Assembly (NCBI GenBank): GCA_000004985.1
Contig: GG738846.1
Direction: 5' to 3' (one strand)
Source: Naegleria gruberi
Taxonomy: Eukaryota
DNA length: 64,000 nt
Part shown: piece by piece, positions 11,090-21,650 of the stretch
How the letters are laid out: every line of letters begins with the position of its first letter
How positions within the stretch are numbered: the first letter of the stretch is position 1
Translations under genes and position numbers: made by a program
The notes under the pieces: generated by a model
The model's input: only the letters and a program-made list of their open reading frames with translations
Told to the model about the DNA's origin: nothing
Database searches by the model: none

Positions 11090-12001
11090 TTAGGCTTTGG
11101 TCGTCTCAATTAAAGAGTTAAGGATACCTTCTGGATCAGTTGAAGTTGGATATTTGGCCATCAGTCTTTTGCAAATATCTTTCATTTGGTCATCCTTAAT
11201 AATCTCTTCGTTCAAAACTAATTTATGATAAATAGCGTTTCTTTCTTCATATACCTTATCTGCAAATACGCGAAACTTGTTGAATTCAATCAAAGAAATT
11301 GGTGCATAGAGATGTTTTCCCTCACTAATTAATTGTTCTGTAAAGTAATCTGCTCCAACATTATCAAGCAATTTCTTTAACAAGTTACCGGTAGATGAAA
11401 CCAACTGCTCACAATAATGAGGGATCAACTTGATAACCATCTTATTTAACTTCTTAACTTCTTTTTTAAGGGATTGTATTTCTTCTGCATGCTCTCTTCT
11501 AAGGGCTTGTATTTCTTCAGAATGCTCTCTTCTGAGGGCTTGTATTTCTTCTGCATGCTCTCTTATAAGGGCTTGTATTTCATCCGAATTCTCTTTCTTA
11601 TAATCGGATAGTTCTCTTTTAAGGGCTTGCATTTCTGCCATCAATTCTTTCCTAGTCTCAGCATTTTCTTTTCTGACGACTTGAATTTGTTCAAATAATA
11701 CATCCATTTTTTTCTTTTCCATACTGGTTTGTTCTTTCAATTCTTCATTCTCTTTCTTCAACTCTAGGTTTTCCTCACCTAATTCTAGGGATTTTTCAGT
11801 TGCTTCAAAGATAGTATTGCTGGAAGAAAGACAAACATCTAGAAGGTTTTTATAATTCCTTGTTTCCATAGAGTTTGAAGGAAACCCGAATAAACTTCCT
11901 TCTCCTTCTTTTGAGATGGTGTACAATTCAGAGGTGGTTAAATCTGTGCGAAGAACAGGTTCTTCGAACAGGATTGGATAAACAACTTCTTGGTGACTCA
12001 T
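11090..12001 (-). CDS. Coiled-coil protein with a tandem 11-aa repeat (EEIQALRREHA, 4 copies)
   Basis: Continuous ORF; first in-frame ATG at 12001..11999 (the track start at 12025 is TTG). A 33-nt tandem repeat in the DNA encodes DEIQALIREHA/EEIQALRREHS/EEIQALRREHA/EEIQSLKKEVK. No enzymatic domain. Confidence 0.5.
   Translation of the reverse strand: MSHQEVVYPILFEEPVLRTDLTTSELYTISKEGEGSLFGFPSNSMETRNYKNLLDVCLSSSNTIFEATEKSLELGEENLELKKENEELKEQTSMEKKKMDVLFEQIQVVRKENAETRKELMAEMQALKRELSDYKKENSDEIQALIREHAEEIQALRREHSEEIQALRREHAEEIQSLKKEVKKLNKMVIKLIPHYCEQLVSSTGNLLKKLLDNVGADYFTEQLISEGKHLYAPISLIEFNKFRVFADKVYEERNAIYHKLVLNEEIIKDDQMKDICKRLMAKYPTSTDPEGILNSLIETTKA
11462..11584 (-). repeat. Coding tandem repeat, 33-nt unit, about 4 copies
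   Basis: Near-identical units gcatgctctcttctaagggcttgtatttcttc / gaatgctctcttctgagggcttgtatttcttc / gcatgctctcttataagggcttgtatttcatc are visible on the plus strand; they lie in frame inside CDS 11090..12001. Confidence 0.6.
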
Positions 12002-12287
12002 ATTGAACGAATTTTTTTTGTACAATATATTTCTTCAAGGTTTAAATCCTAAAGTTATTAATGTGCAATATGTATTGGTGCTTGTAACAGAACTCTACTT
12101 TAAAGTTTATAACATTAGACAATTAAGGCCACCTTTTAACTTTATCTTCTTCTAAGAGATTACAAAACATGTAAACCATGAACCAAAGCTCACCACAATG
12201 TTGGTACTTTTTTGTTGACATAAGTATAAAAAGATTGTTCATTAGTTTCACAGTGTTGTCTGTCTGGCAAGAGAAATTTAAATCAAC

Positions 12288-14430
12288 ATGATACACAAAA
12301 AAATGTCTTCAAATAATTTGCTACTTGTTGGGAGTGGAATAGGAGGTGGTGGATTTTTACTTGTTTATTTGGCACAAAAATTATATAATCATTTTAATTC
12401 ATCATCACCATCATCTATTACTACTACTACTACTGCTAATTCCGAAGAAAATAATTCGTTATATAATTTATCCTATTTGATGAATGAAATATTCCCTTTT
12501 CACTTTCTTCCCGATAATTCAAATAGTGGATCAACAGTGTTTGTTGAAATGAAATTAAATGATAAGAAGAAATTAAATCAATTAATTAGTCTTTTGAGAG
12601 ATTATAATACATGTAAACAGGCTATTTTCAAGGAAATGTTATTTCATAAACTTGCACGAATAATCAAGCCAGATACTACTTTGGAGGATGTTAATAGTAA
12701 GGAGTTTTTCAAGAGGGAGAAACAGATTCATACTTGTTTGTGGATTTTATTGCATTGTTTAGTTTTGGTTGGAAATGATTCAATTGATGTCTTGCTTTCA
12801 ATTTTTAGATTGGATGATTTTTATCAATTCTTTATGGAAAAGGATTTTACAAAACACCAAGCAATGAAAATATTCAATTTAAAAGGTGATTCAGTATTCA
12901 ATGCAAGTGAATCATTCTTGTTTTCCATTGATATTATTTGGTTGGCATATGCAATTTTAGGTCACTTGTATTGTCAATCATTGAATAGCGAGGAGAAGAA
13001 TAATTTGCAATATTCGAAAAAGCATTTGGAGGTTTTACAAATTAATAAGGAAATGTTTGAACAATTGCTTTATTTATCGCCTTCTGGAGTGAATAATTCA
13101 AAACAAGAGGGAGAAAGATACAAGAGGAATATCTTATTTACAAGTGATAATCAAATTGGATACGATAATTTAGTTAAATTTTTAAATACTACAAACTTAT
13201 TGATGAGATGTGATGACAATACTCTAGTTCAACTATCATTATCAATATTTGGCCAACTAGTTGCCAATGTACAGGATGAAAATGTAATTTTGAAGAATTT
13301 CAATGTAAGTTTGAGTTTATGAATTTTTGAGATTTAATATTCATAGTTTTTAAAAAACACTGAACATTTATTGCTATGTACCGATGAGAATGTTATTCTT
13401 TCCCTAGGAAAATGTATTTTCACTCTATTTATCAAGAATGTTGCTATAATTTCAAATATTGTTAATAATCCTAAAATTGTGAATGAAATTATTTATTGGT
13501 CTCTTAATTCACAACAATCATCAACTAGAATTCAATGTAAGTGTTTATATTAATTAATTTTAAATTTAACATTGTAAAGACATGAATATATTGTACATTT
13601 TAATATTACAAAGCGAGAAATTTACTATTCAAGCTATCACCAATCCTAAAATTAACATTCTTGGAAATATTCACAATTTAATTACCAAATCAGATCCAAT
13701 ATTAGAATTTGTTTTAGTGCAATTAATTTATGGAATTTCTACTCATCCATCCTGTCACAAATTTATTATCGAATTTCATCATGAAAAACTTAATTTTGTA
13801 ACCATATTGAAAAACTTGACATTTTCCAAGCACTCACTCATTCGATACTATTGTATAATGATCTGGAGTAATTTATTGACCATGTACACAAAGAGTTCAG
13901 AACAAGTGAATTATGAGAAAATTTATGACAATAGATTCACAAGATACTTGTGTAAAAATGAACAAGTACTCAATTTAATCATGTTTTCATTTAAGGAGGA
14001 GAAGGAATTACTATTGAAGAAATCAATAACTAATTTGTTGAAAGATATTTGTTCATTCAGACAAAACGATTATGAACGCATCATACTATTTGAGCATTTT
14101 AATTTGTTATTTGAATGTGTGGATTTATTACACTTTCAAGTGAACTATTTGATGGATGTTTATCAGAACAGGGATGGACAATTGGTTGAATCTGCAGAGA
14201 TGGAGACAGTCGAAGGAAGTTTACAATTATCACTTGCATTATTCCATCTCATCACTACCATCGTACGAATGTCTCCAGACTCTAATAATGAAACATTGGA
14301 CATTTTACTTAATCAGTACCAAATCAAGAGGTACATTACTGATCTACTTTTTATTTTACAAAAACGTGGAGATAATAAGAATGTTACAATAATTTCAACC
14401 TTGTCAAATTCAATTTTTAAACTTTCCTAA
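12288..14430 (+). CDS. Hypothetical protein, about 685 aa, 3 exons; N-terminal Gly-rich hydrophobic segment, helical repeat-like body
   Basis: Exons 12288..13304, 13347..13536, 13580..14430; the start could instead be ATG 12303 (CACAAAAAAATG context). Introns 13305..13346 (GTAAGT..TCATAG, 42 nt) and 13537..13579 (GTAAGT..TAAAG, 43 nt). Phases are consistent: 2058 nt. It joins three track ORFs. No family recognised. Confidence 0.55.
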
Positions 14431-14453
14431 TATACTATAATTAATCAAAATTG

Positions 14454-15659
14454 TTACTCTATTATACAATTACTGTTTCTCTTGTTGGGTATCGTTCCGT
14501 TATCGCTGTTAGGTGAGCCAGTTGTTGGCGATCTAGGCATGTATCTCACTAATTGCGACAGGGAATATTTACAGCTGTATGATATTGCTGTTTCTATTAA
14601 ATCGTGTGAGAAATGTTTCAAAACCGAAAACTTACCAATGCACTTCTTAACACCTTGTCCTGATTTAGCAGAAGTTTCAATATATCCAACACAATTACCA
14701 ATCTTGTTGGCCAATGCCACTCCTTCATCAAATGTGACCACTCCATACTTTGAAAATTTAGAATCGATATAATATTTGAGTGAACCTGATTCGTTGATAT
14801 TCGATATTCTCAAATCCAATTTGGTTCCACATAAAAGGATTGGAACATTTGGTGCACATAAATTTAATTCTCTTATCCAAATATTTAAAACATTTTGAAA
14901 GCTCGATGTGTTCATTAAATCAAAACAACATATAAACAAGTCACATCCTGTATAACTCAGAGGTCTATCAATTTGATTTTAAAGCAACATTTCAATAAAA
15001 ACATACCTTATTTTGTCATAATCTTCTGATCCAGCAGTATCTATAATAGTGACAGCCCATGTCTTGTTATCAAATGTTGAATATGTTGTAAAATTATCAA
15101 AAATAGTTGGAAGATATTGATCTGATAAAAATTCATCATTGGCAAACCTCCCCAACAATGAAGTCTTTCCAACAGCACCTATAAATAATGAATTATTTAC
15201 AAAAATAATTATTAACCAAGAAACTTACCATCTCCAACCACTTTGTCAACAAAAAGTTATTGTAAAAAACATAACAAGCCCCTACTTACCCACAATTTTA
15301 ACAGGCATTGATTGATTAACTGCACTTGAAGGTGAAATACTCAAGACATTTTCCTCACTACCAGTAGAAACTAGAGCTGAATTTAAATGATTTGCACTGT
15401 TATTACCATTATTAGAAGTGGAGTTTCCATTATTATTATTGGGTGAATGGAAGAAAATGTAATCTTCTTTACTCCACGGTGACTTTTTAAATTTGATATC
15501 TTTTTTCTCGAATGATCCTGTTTTTAACAATATAAAATCATTATACACAATTTCTGAATAAATATTTTTGAATTTTGTAATCTTGTTTCGTCTATTATTT
15601 GATTTTTGCATTTTCTGAGTTTCATTTGGATAAATCATTGAACAAACTGTCCCAAGCAT
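14454..15659 (-). CDS. Rho/Rac-family small GTPase with a 120-aa N-terminal extension, 4 exons including a 12-nt micro-exon
   Basis: Exons 15659..15290, 15240..15229 (TGGTTGGAGATG), 15178..15007, 14964..14454. Introns 15289..15241 (49 nt, GTAAGT..AAAG), 15228..15179 (50 nt, GTAAGT..TATAG), 15006..14965 (42 nt, GTATGT..GATAG). Spliced product reads ...[39 protein letters not shown]...[28 protein letters not shown]...LCGTKLDLR...ETSAK...CIIE. The P-loop, switch regions, DTAG, TKLD and SAK motifs are all in place. The track only shows the first and last exons. Confidence 0.8.
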
Positions 15660-15759
15660 ATATTAGTACAAATTATCGTGTGAATTTATCATCATTATTA
15701 AAATTATCAAATATATAAAAAGGCACACACATATTTCAAAGTAATTATTATAAATATGA

Positions 15760-16476
15760 TTAAATTAAATGTGTGTAAATAAAATCATTACCTTGTTCCC
15801 ATAAAATTTCATCTTCACAAGCTCTGTACCAACTCTTACAAACCAAACAAACTCTATAAAATGAAATTCCATTCAAATATGTAAATATTTTAATCAAAAT
15901 TTCATTTGGTAAATCAGATGCCAAACCATATAAATTTCTCATTGATCCATTTTCATCCAATCCAATCAACATTTGATTAGAAATTACATTTCCATGTATC
16001 GTAATTCTCCTATCATCATCCAATGTTCTCATTGAAACGACAGAATTTGCATACTTGACACTACTATTTCTCTTCTGACCAAATAAACCCTTCCTACTTC
16101 GATGAGATTTTACATATTTTGCAGGTGATGATGATGGTGAAGATGTTGGTGGTATTGTTGAAGCATTTATGGATGATGGTGATGATGATGATGAATTAAA
16201 TGAAGAAATTATATTATTCGAATTGGATGAAGAATTTAATGATGATGGAATGCTCACATCACTACTAGTGGTCAATGACAATCCGGGAATGTTCAAATTG
16301 TTATAATTATGATTGGTGGTAGTTATGTGAGGATTGGTAGAAGGAGAAAGTTGCCGAATGTTCGTTGTTGTGGTTGTTGGTGGTGATGTGTTGTTGTTGT
16401 TATTGATGGTGGACTTTCCACCTCCAACAATCAACATTTTTTCTTCTATTTTTATTAAACAAGTGACAATTTCCAT
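15760..16476 (-). CDS. F-box protein exon; low-complexity N/S/T-rich region then F-box LPNEILIKIFTYLNGISFYRVCLVCKSWYRACEDEILWEQ
   Basis: ATG 16476..16474, with an alternative ATG 16437 in GAAGAAAAAATG context. The F-box sits at the C-terminal end of this ORF. The last 10 codons (GNDFIYTHLI*) begin with a GTAATG donor at 15791, so the ORF may not terminate here (see finding on fusion to the downstream Rho GTPase). Confidence 0.6.
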   Translation of the reverse strand: MEIVTCLIKIEEKMLIVGGGKSTINNNNNTSPPTTTTTNIRQLSPSTNPHITTTNHNYNNLNIPGLSLTTSSDVSIPSSLNSSSNSNNIISSFNSSSSSPSSINASTIPPTSSPSSSPAKYVKSHRSRKGLFGQKRNSSVKYANSVVSMRTLDDDRRITIHGNVISNQMLIGLDENGSMRNLYGLASDLPNEILIKIFTYLNGISFYRVCLVCKSWYRACEDEILWEQGNDFIYTHLI

Positions 16477-16854
16477 CCTTTGAGAAATTTAAAGAATCTT
16501 TTTTATAACAAAGAAAGAAAATGGAACAACAACCTCTAAAATATATTGAAAAACTTATATTTTGTATTGTTTGTTACCTTGTTTCAAATATTATTCTTTC
16601 TTTTTACACAAAGGATCTGATGAAATAGTTCATCTTCATTACTGTTTGATATTAATATAGGAAGAAAAGTGGCTGGGTCTTTCATTTCTGGAGAGAGCAT
16701 TAAATGCACCACTATTAAAATATCATTTCTTTACAATAAAAATTCAACATCAAGTTCATATATTGTATTAAGGCTATTTTTTTGACCGTTTCAATTTGTT
16801 CACGACTTTATCCTAATAATTGGTGGGGCAGTGGTGAATATTCAACGGTTTAAC

Positions 16855-16862
16855 TTTCCCGC
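16855..16862. promoter_or_regulatory. E2F-like TTTCCCGC motif in the divergent intergenic region between the F-box gene and the PMCA gene
   Basis: The string tttcccgc sits in an unusually GC-richer patch (ggtggggcagtggtg...tttcccgcgttacac) of an otherwise AT-rich 580-nt intergenic region. This is a pattern match only. Confidence 0.15.
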
Positions 16863-17063
16863 GTTACACAACTGCACGATAAATACGTAAATTCTCTAAA
16901 AAAAAAGCCTTAATACACTCCCAAGCTCACTTGTTATTAGTCAGCACAAATATTGGATAATTGCTTCTGTTAAAATTATTTAATATTATCGCATCACAAG
17001 TATAACTTGCTTGTCCACTAGTATTTACACTTTTTAGGGAGTGTAATAGGTTTAACTTATTCC

Positions 17064-20000
17064 ATGGAATCATCGTATCATCAACAAGAAAAATCCGCAG
17101 AAGAAAACAAAGGTGCACATTTTGTACAACGTTCCTCAAGTAAAAACATGAACACTAAAGATGATTCTCACCATAAGGCTTCCAGTATGAGTAATGGCTC
17201 TTTTGGTCTTACAGTGGAGGAATTAACGGAGATGCATCAAACTAAAAACCTAAATATCTTATCCCAATGGGGAGGATTCACAGGTCTATCGAAACTCTTA
17301 CGAACAGACCTCAAAAGAGGTATTGATTGGGATAAAGAGGGAGACTTTGAAGAAAGAATTAATACCTTTGGCATCAACGTCTATCCCGAACCACCTGCTA
17401 GAAGTCTTATTAGAATATTCTTTGACTCGCTTAATGATACAACACTAATTATTCTTCTGGTATTTGCTTTCTTTTCTATGGTTTTCGGTGTTGCTTTCCC
17501 AGATGAAGAGGAGGAAAGACCATATGGTTGGATTGAAGGCTGTGCAATTTTGTTGGCTGTAGCTATTGTTACAACTGTAGTTACTGTAAATGACTACTCT
17601 AAGGAAAGAAAGTTTAGATCACTCACAAAAGAGTCTAAGAAAGTTCAAGTCAAAGTAATTAGAAATGGAAACAATCACAGTATTCTTGTAGACAGTATCC
17701 TTGTCGGCGATATTGTTGAAATTGAACAAGGTGATGGTATTCCAGGTGACGGACTGTGTATTGAATCAAATCAGTTAAAAACGGACGAATCTGTCATGAC
17801 AGGCGAACCTGATCTCATTAAGAAAAATACCACAGAAAGTCCATTCTTACTCAGTGGTTGTACAGTTGCTGAAGGATCTGGTAAAATGATTATTGTTGGT
17901 ATTGGTGTAAATAGTGAATGGGGAAGAACTCTTCAAAGTTTAAAGGAGGCTGATGAAGATAAGGGAGAAACCCCACTCGAACAAAAGCTAGACCAACTCT
18001 CTGTAAATATTGGTAAGGTGGGTATGCTCTTTGCTGCCTGTACTCTAGTGGTCCTTCTAATTGGTTATTGGATTAAAAAGTTAATGTACACCACAACATG
18101 GAATGATTCAACAAATGGATTTGAAGAAGCATGGGCTGATAAGAATATTGTTGAAATTGTCAAGTTCTTTGTCATTGCTTTAACCATTATTGTTGTTGCT
18201 GTTCCTGAAGGTTTACCATTGGCTGTCACTATTGCTTTAGCTTACTCTGTGCGTAAAATGATGAAAGACCAAAACTTGGTTCGTCACTTGGCGGCTTGTG
18301 AAACCATGGGAGGAGCAAACAATATTTGCTCCGACAAGACTGGTACACTTACTTTGAATCAAATGAGAGTGACCCATGCTTACTTTGGAGGTCGTTATTT
18401 TGGAGATCAGCTTGGATCGTTATTATCCACCCTGAGCTCAAACATTCTTCAAATTTTGATTGATGGTATTGTGGTAAATTCCAAAGCAAATCTTGTAAAG
18501 AATGAAGATAATAAGAATAAGGAGTATGCCACTCAGGGAAGTAAAACGGAGGCAGCTCTTTTGCTTTTGATTGTCAAACATCTCAATCAAACAATCGATT
18601 CCTACAGAGAACGAAGATCAGACCTGATGAGCGAAGAAAGAGGATGTCATTTGCAACTTCCATTCTCATCCAAGCTCAAAAGAATGAGTACCTTAATTCC
18701 AAATCCTGATGGAGATACAAAATATAGGTTATTTACAAAGGGTGCCTCTGAAATTGTTGTCAAACTTTGCTCTAAATATATGAGATCAGATGGAAGTCTT
18801 GAGACTATGACTAAGGAAAAAGAACAAGAAATTGTGCGTTACATTGAAGAAATGGCCAATCAAGGCCTCAGAACAATCTGTCTTGCATATAGAGATGTAA
18901 ATCCAGAGGTTGATTTTTCTTCAAGGGAGGAAGAAACAACATATCTTGATAACTTGGATCCAGTAAGTTTGGAAGAAAATCTCATCTGTATTGGTGTTGT
19001 TGGTATTAAGGATCCTCTCAGACCAGAAGTCCCAGCAGCTATTGCCCAATGTAAAAAATCTGGTATTATTGTTAGAATGGTTACTGGTGACAATATTCTT
19101 ACTGCCAAATATATTGCTAGGGAATGTGGTATCTTGAGCAAGGATGGTATTGCCATTGAAGGTCCTGATTTTAGAAAAATGACTCCAGAACAAGTTCATG
19201 AAATTCTTCCAAGACTCCAAGTTATGGCTAGAAGTTCTCCAACAGATAAGTATAATCTTGTCAAATATTTAAAGAAGAGAGGTGATGTAGTTGCTGTCAC
19301 AGGAGACGGTACTAATGATGCTCCTGCTCTTAAAGAGGCTGATGTTGGTTTGAGTATGGGTTTGAGTGGAACTCAAGTTGCTAAGGAAGCATCAGATATC
19401 ATTATTCTAGATGACAATTTTTCTTCAATTGTGAAAAGCGTTTTGTGGGGCAGATCTATCTTTGAAAATATCAGAAAGTTCTTAACCTTCCAATTGACTG
19501 TCAATATTGTTGCCTTGGTTTTGACCATTGTTTGTGCTATCAGCTCAACTTTTGTTAACCACTCGGGTGGATTTAAGCCTCCTCTCAGTCCTGTGCAAAT
19601 GTTGTGGATTAACTTGATCATGGACACCTTTGCAGCTCTTGCGCTCGCCACTGAACCCCCAATCCCTGAATTGTTGGACAGAAAACCTCATGGAAGAAAA
19701 GAAGGTCTAATAACCGTTAAGATGTGGATCTTTTTGATTGCCCAGGCTGTTTTCCAACTTACTGTTTTGTTTGTACTTTACTATGGTGCTAAGACATACA
19801 GAGCTGGTTCATTCTCCTTCGCAAGAGATGATGATGAAGTAAGAACTGTTGTTTTCAATGCATTCGTGTTTTGTCAAGTATTCAATGAGTACAATGCAAG
19901 AAAGATCAATTTTGAGTACAATATCTTTTCAGGATTGCACAAGAGTATCATGTTTGTTGTTATCAGTGTAATTATTATTGTTTTGCAAATTTTAATGGTA

Positions 20001-20258
20001 AATTTTGCATACTATGACCCTTCATTGCTTGCCACAGGAAAGGCTGATGGCACTCACCCATCTAACTTTACTCAAACCATTCCACTCAACTGGTATCAAT
20101 GGTGCTTGACTGTTTCCATTGGTTTTCTTGGTATCCCATATGGATATGTTATTAGATTTGTTGCTAGAATTATTTTTGCAATTATTGAAAGAAAGAGAAA
20201 GAACAAAGTTTTTGATGAGCAATCTGAAACCGTTACTACTCCAGACAGTGATTTTTAA
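17064..20258 (+). CDS. Plasma-membrane-type calcium-transporting P-type ATPase (PMCA, type IIB), 1064 aa
   Basis: Single continuous ORF. Phosphorylation motif CSDKTGTLT, the P-type hinge VTGDGTNDAPALKEADVGLSMG, TGES-like MTGEP, and 10 predicted TM segments. The N-terminal region has PMCA-like regulatory features. Confidence 0.95.
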   Translation: MESSYHQQEKSAEENKGAHFVQRSSSKNMNTKDDSHHKASSMSNGSFGLTVEELTEMHQTKNLNILSQWGGFTGLSKLLRTDLKRGIDWDKEGDFEERINTFGINVYPEPPARSLIRIFFDSLNDTTLIILLVFAFFSMVFGVAFPDEEEERPYGWIEGCAILLAVAIVTTVVTVNDYSKERKFRSLTKESKKVQVKVIRNGNNHSILVDSILVGDIVEIEQGDGIPGDGLCIESNQLKTDESVMTGEPDLIKKNTTESPFLLSGCTVAEGSGKMIIVGIGVNSEWGRTLQSLKEADEDKGETPLEQKLDQLSVNIGKVGMLFAACTLVVLLIGYWIKKLMYTTTWNDSTNGFEEAWADKNIVEIVKFFVIALTIIVVAVPEGLPLAVTIALAYSVRKMMKDQNLVRHLAACETMGGANNICSDKTGTLTLNQMRVTHAYFGGRYFGDQLGSLLSTLSSNILQILIDGIVVNSKANLVKNEDNKNKEYATQGSKTEAALLLLIVKHLNQTIDSYRERRSDLMSEERGCHLQLPFSSKLKRMSTLIPNPDGDTKYRLFTKGASEIVVKLCSKYMRSDGSLETMTKEKEQEIVRYIEEMANQGLRTICLAYRDVNPEVDFSSREEETTYLDNLDPVSLEENLICIGVVGIKDPLRPEVPAAIAQCKKSGIIVRMVTGDNILTAKYIARECGILSKDGIAIEGPDFRKMTPEQVHEILPRLQVMARSSPTDKYNLVKYLKKRGDVVAVTGDGTNDAPALKEADVGLSMGLSGTQVAKEASDIIILDDNFSSIVKSVLWGRSIFENIRKFLTFQLTVNIVALVLTIVCAISSTFVNHSGGFKPPLSPVQMLWINLIMDTFAALALATEPPIPELLDRKPHGRKEGLITVKMWIFLIAQAVFQLTVLFVLYYGAKTYRAGSFSFARDDDEVRTVVFNAFVFCQVFNEYNARKINFEYNIFSGLHKSIMFVVISVIIIVLQILMVNFAYYDPSLLATGKADGTHPSNFTQTIPLNWYQWCLTVSIGFLGIPYGYVIRFVARIIFAIIERKRKNKVFDEQSETVTTPDSDF

Positions 20259-20415
20259 TAAATTGAAAATGTACATAATTTCATTTCTCTTATTACATGA
20301 AGTGTTGTTTCACACATTTTAATTTGATTTTAGAAACACGTGTTTTTCATTCCTTTTTCTTGATGCAGTCCTTCCAATAAAAGCGATTGGTCTATTTAAA
20401 TCTCTTTAAAAAAAA

Positions 20416-21375
20416 ATGAGCACCAACACTGCTGAGCCACCTACAGAGGTAACAGGAACAAAAACTGGTGGTGTTGAACAAGTCTCACCAAATAAAACAA
20501 CACAAAGCGGATCATCATCTGTTGTAAATAAGAGTCATCATGGCATAAAAAGAATTATGAGTGAGATGAGAGAATTACAAAAAAATCCATCACCCGAATA
20601 TGAAGCACATCCTCTTGAAGATAATTTATTTGAATGGCACTTTACTATAGCTGGACCAAAAGAAAGTGCTTTTGAAGGAGGTATTTATCATGGTAGAATT
20701 ATTCTTCCACCTGAATATCCTCACAAACCACCAGATATTGTATTATTAACTCCCAGTGGAAGATTTGAAGTAAATACAAAGATTTGCCTCTCACTCACTT
20801 CCTATCACCCTGAAAGTTGGACACCACAATGGGGTATTAGAACTGTACTAATTGCACTACAAGGATTTTTCCCAACCGAAGCCAAAGGTATTGGAAGTAT
20901 TGATTATCCAGACAGTGTCAGAAAACGAATGGCCAATCAATCTAGAAAATGGAAATGTGATGTATGTGGAACTTGTAATGATGAAGTACTCAAGACACCC
21001 CAAGTTGTAGCATCATCATCTAGTAATAATACCAATTCAAATACAACTACTGCTACTATTACTACTAACAATACGAGTGAAACTATACAAACATCTACCT
21101 CAATAATTGAGGAATCAACATGTGAGGAAAAACGTTGTTGTAATAATACTGATCACACTCACCATCATTACGAAAATAAGGTTGTATCACGTGGAGGTCC
21201 AACACCACAACCAGCCACAACCACAAAACCGTCTGTACAAAAAAGTGGAGAATCAAACACAAAAACAGTACCAAAAAAGTCAACTGTTTGGATATTGGAT
21301 TTATTAATAGTGTTGGTAGCAATACTTATATCATATATTGTGTATATTAGATATTCTTCTTCTGGAAGGAGATGA
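20416..21375 (+). CDS. ER-anchored ubiquitin-conjugating enzyme E2, UBE2J/Ubc6 type
   Basis: ATG in AAAAAAAAATG context. UBC fold with HPxxW-type active site ...KICLSLTSYHPESWTPQWGI, followed by a Ser/Thr-rich linker and a C-terminal tail-anchor TM (VWILDLLIVLVAILISYIVYI). Confidence 0.9.
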   Translation: MSTNTAEPPTEVTGTKTGGVEQVSPNKTTQSGSSSVVNKSHHGIKRIMSEMRELQKNPSPEYEAHPLEDNLFEWHFTIAGPKESAFEGGIYHGRIILPPEYPHKPPDIVLLTPSGRFEVNTKICLSLTSYHPESWTPQWGIRTVLIALQGFFPTEAKGIGSIDYPDSVRKRMANQSRKWKCDVCGTCNDEVLKTPQVVASSSSNNTNSNTTTATITTNNTSETIQTSTSIIEESTCEEKRCCNNTDHTHHHYENKVVSRGGPTPQPATTTKPSVQKSGESNTKTVPKKSTVWILDLLIVLVAILISYIVYIRYSSSGRR

Positions 21376-21650
21376 TTGTAAATATTTGTAAAAATAAAAA
21401 TTTCAATTTTAAGATTTCAAAAAAGAAAGATTATTAATATTTCACAAGCTGTCTAACAGATTACAATTATAATTATTTGTAAAGAATTATCCAGATGCCA
21501 TTTATGACTTTAAGCTTTCAATTCTGAAATGTTTCAAACTCTTTCCTTTGAAAACCAGAGAAGATTGCTAATTAAAAGAACAGTCCATTAAAAAGAGGGC
21601 AAGAATAAGAATTTTAAATAAAGTGATTTATTTTTACATAGACCCTGAGC

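Noticed and set aside
15760-15791. C-terminal GNDFIYTHLI* of the F-box ORF as genuine coding
   Set aside because: It begins exactly at a GTAATG donor and continues into an AT-rich segment, so it is more likely intronic read-through; the F-box ORF is kept as a separate feature.
18860-19220. Antisense ORFs inside the PMCA gene; similar ones lie inside AK9, the NHL protein, Vps18 and other genes
   Set aside because: They are embedded antisense or out of frame within strongly conserved coding regions, which is typical of AT/GC-skewed chance ORFs.
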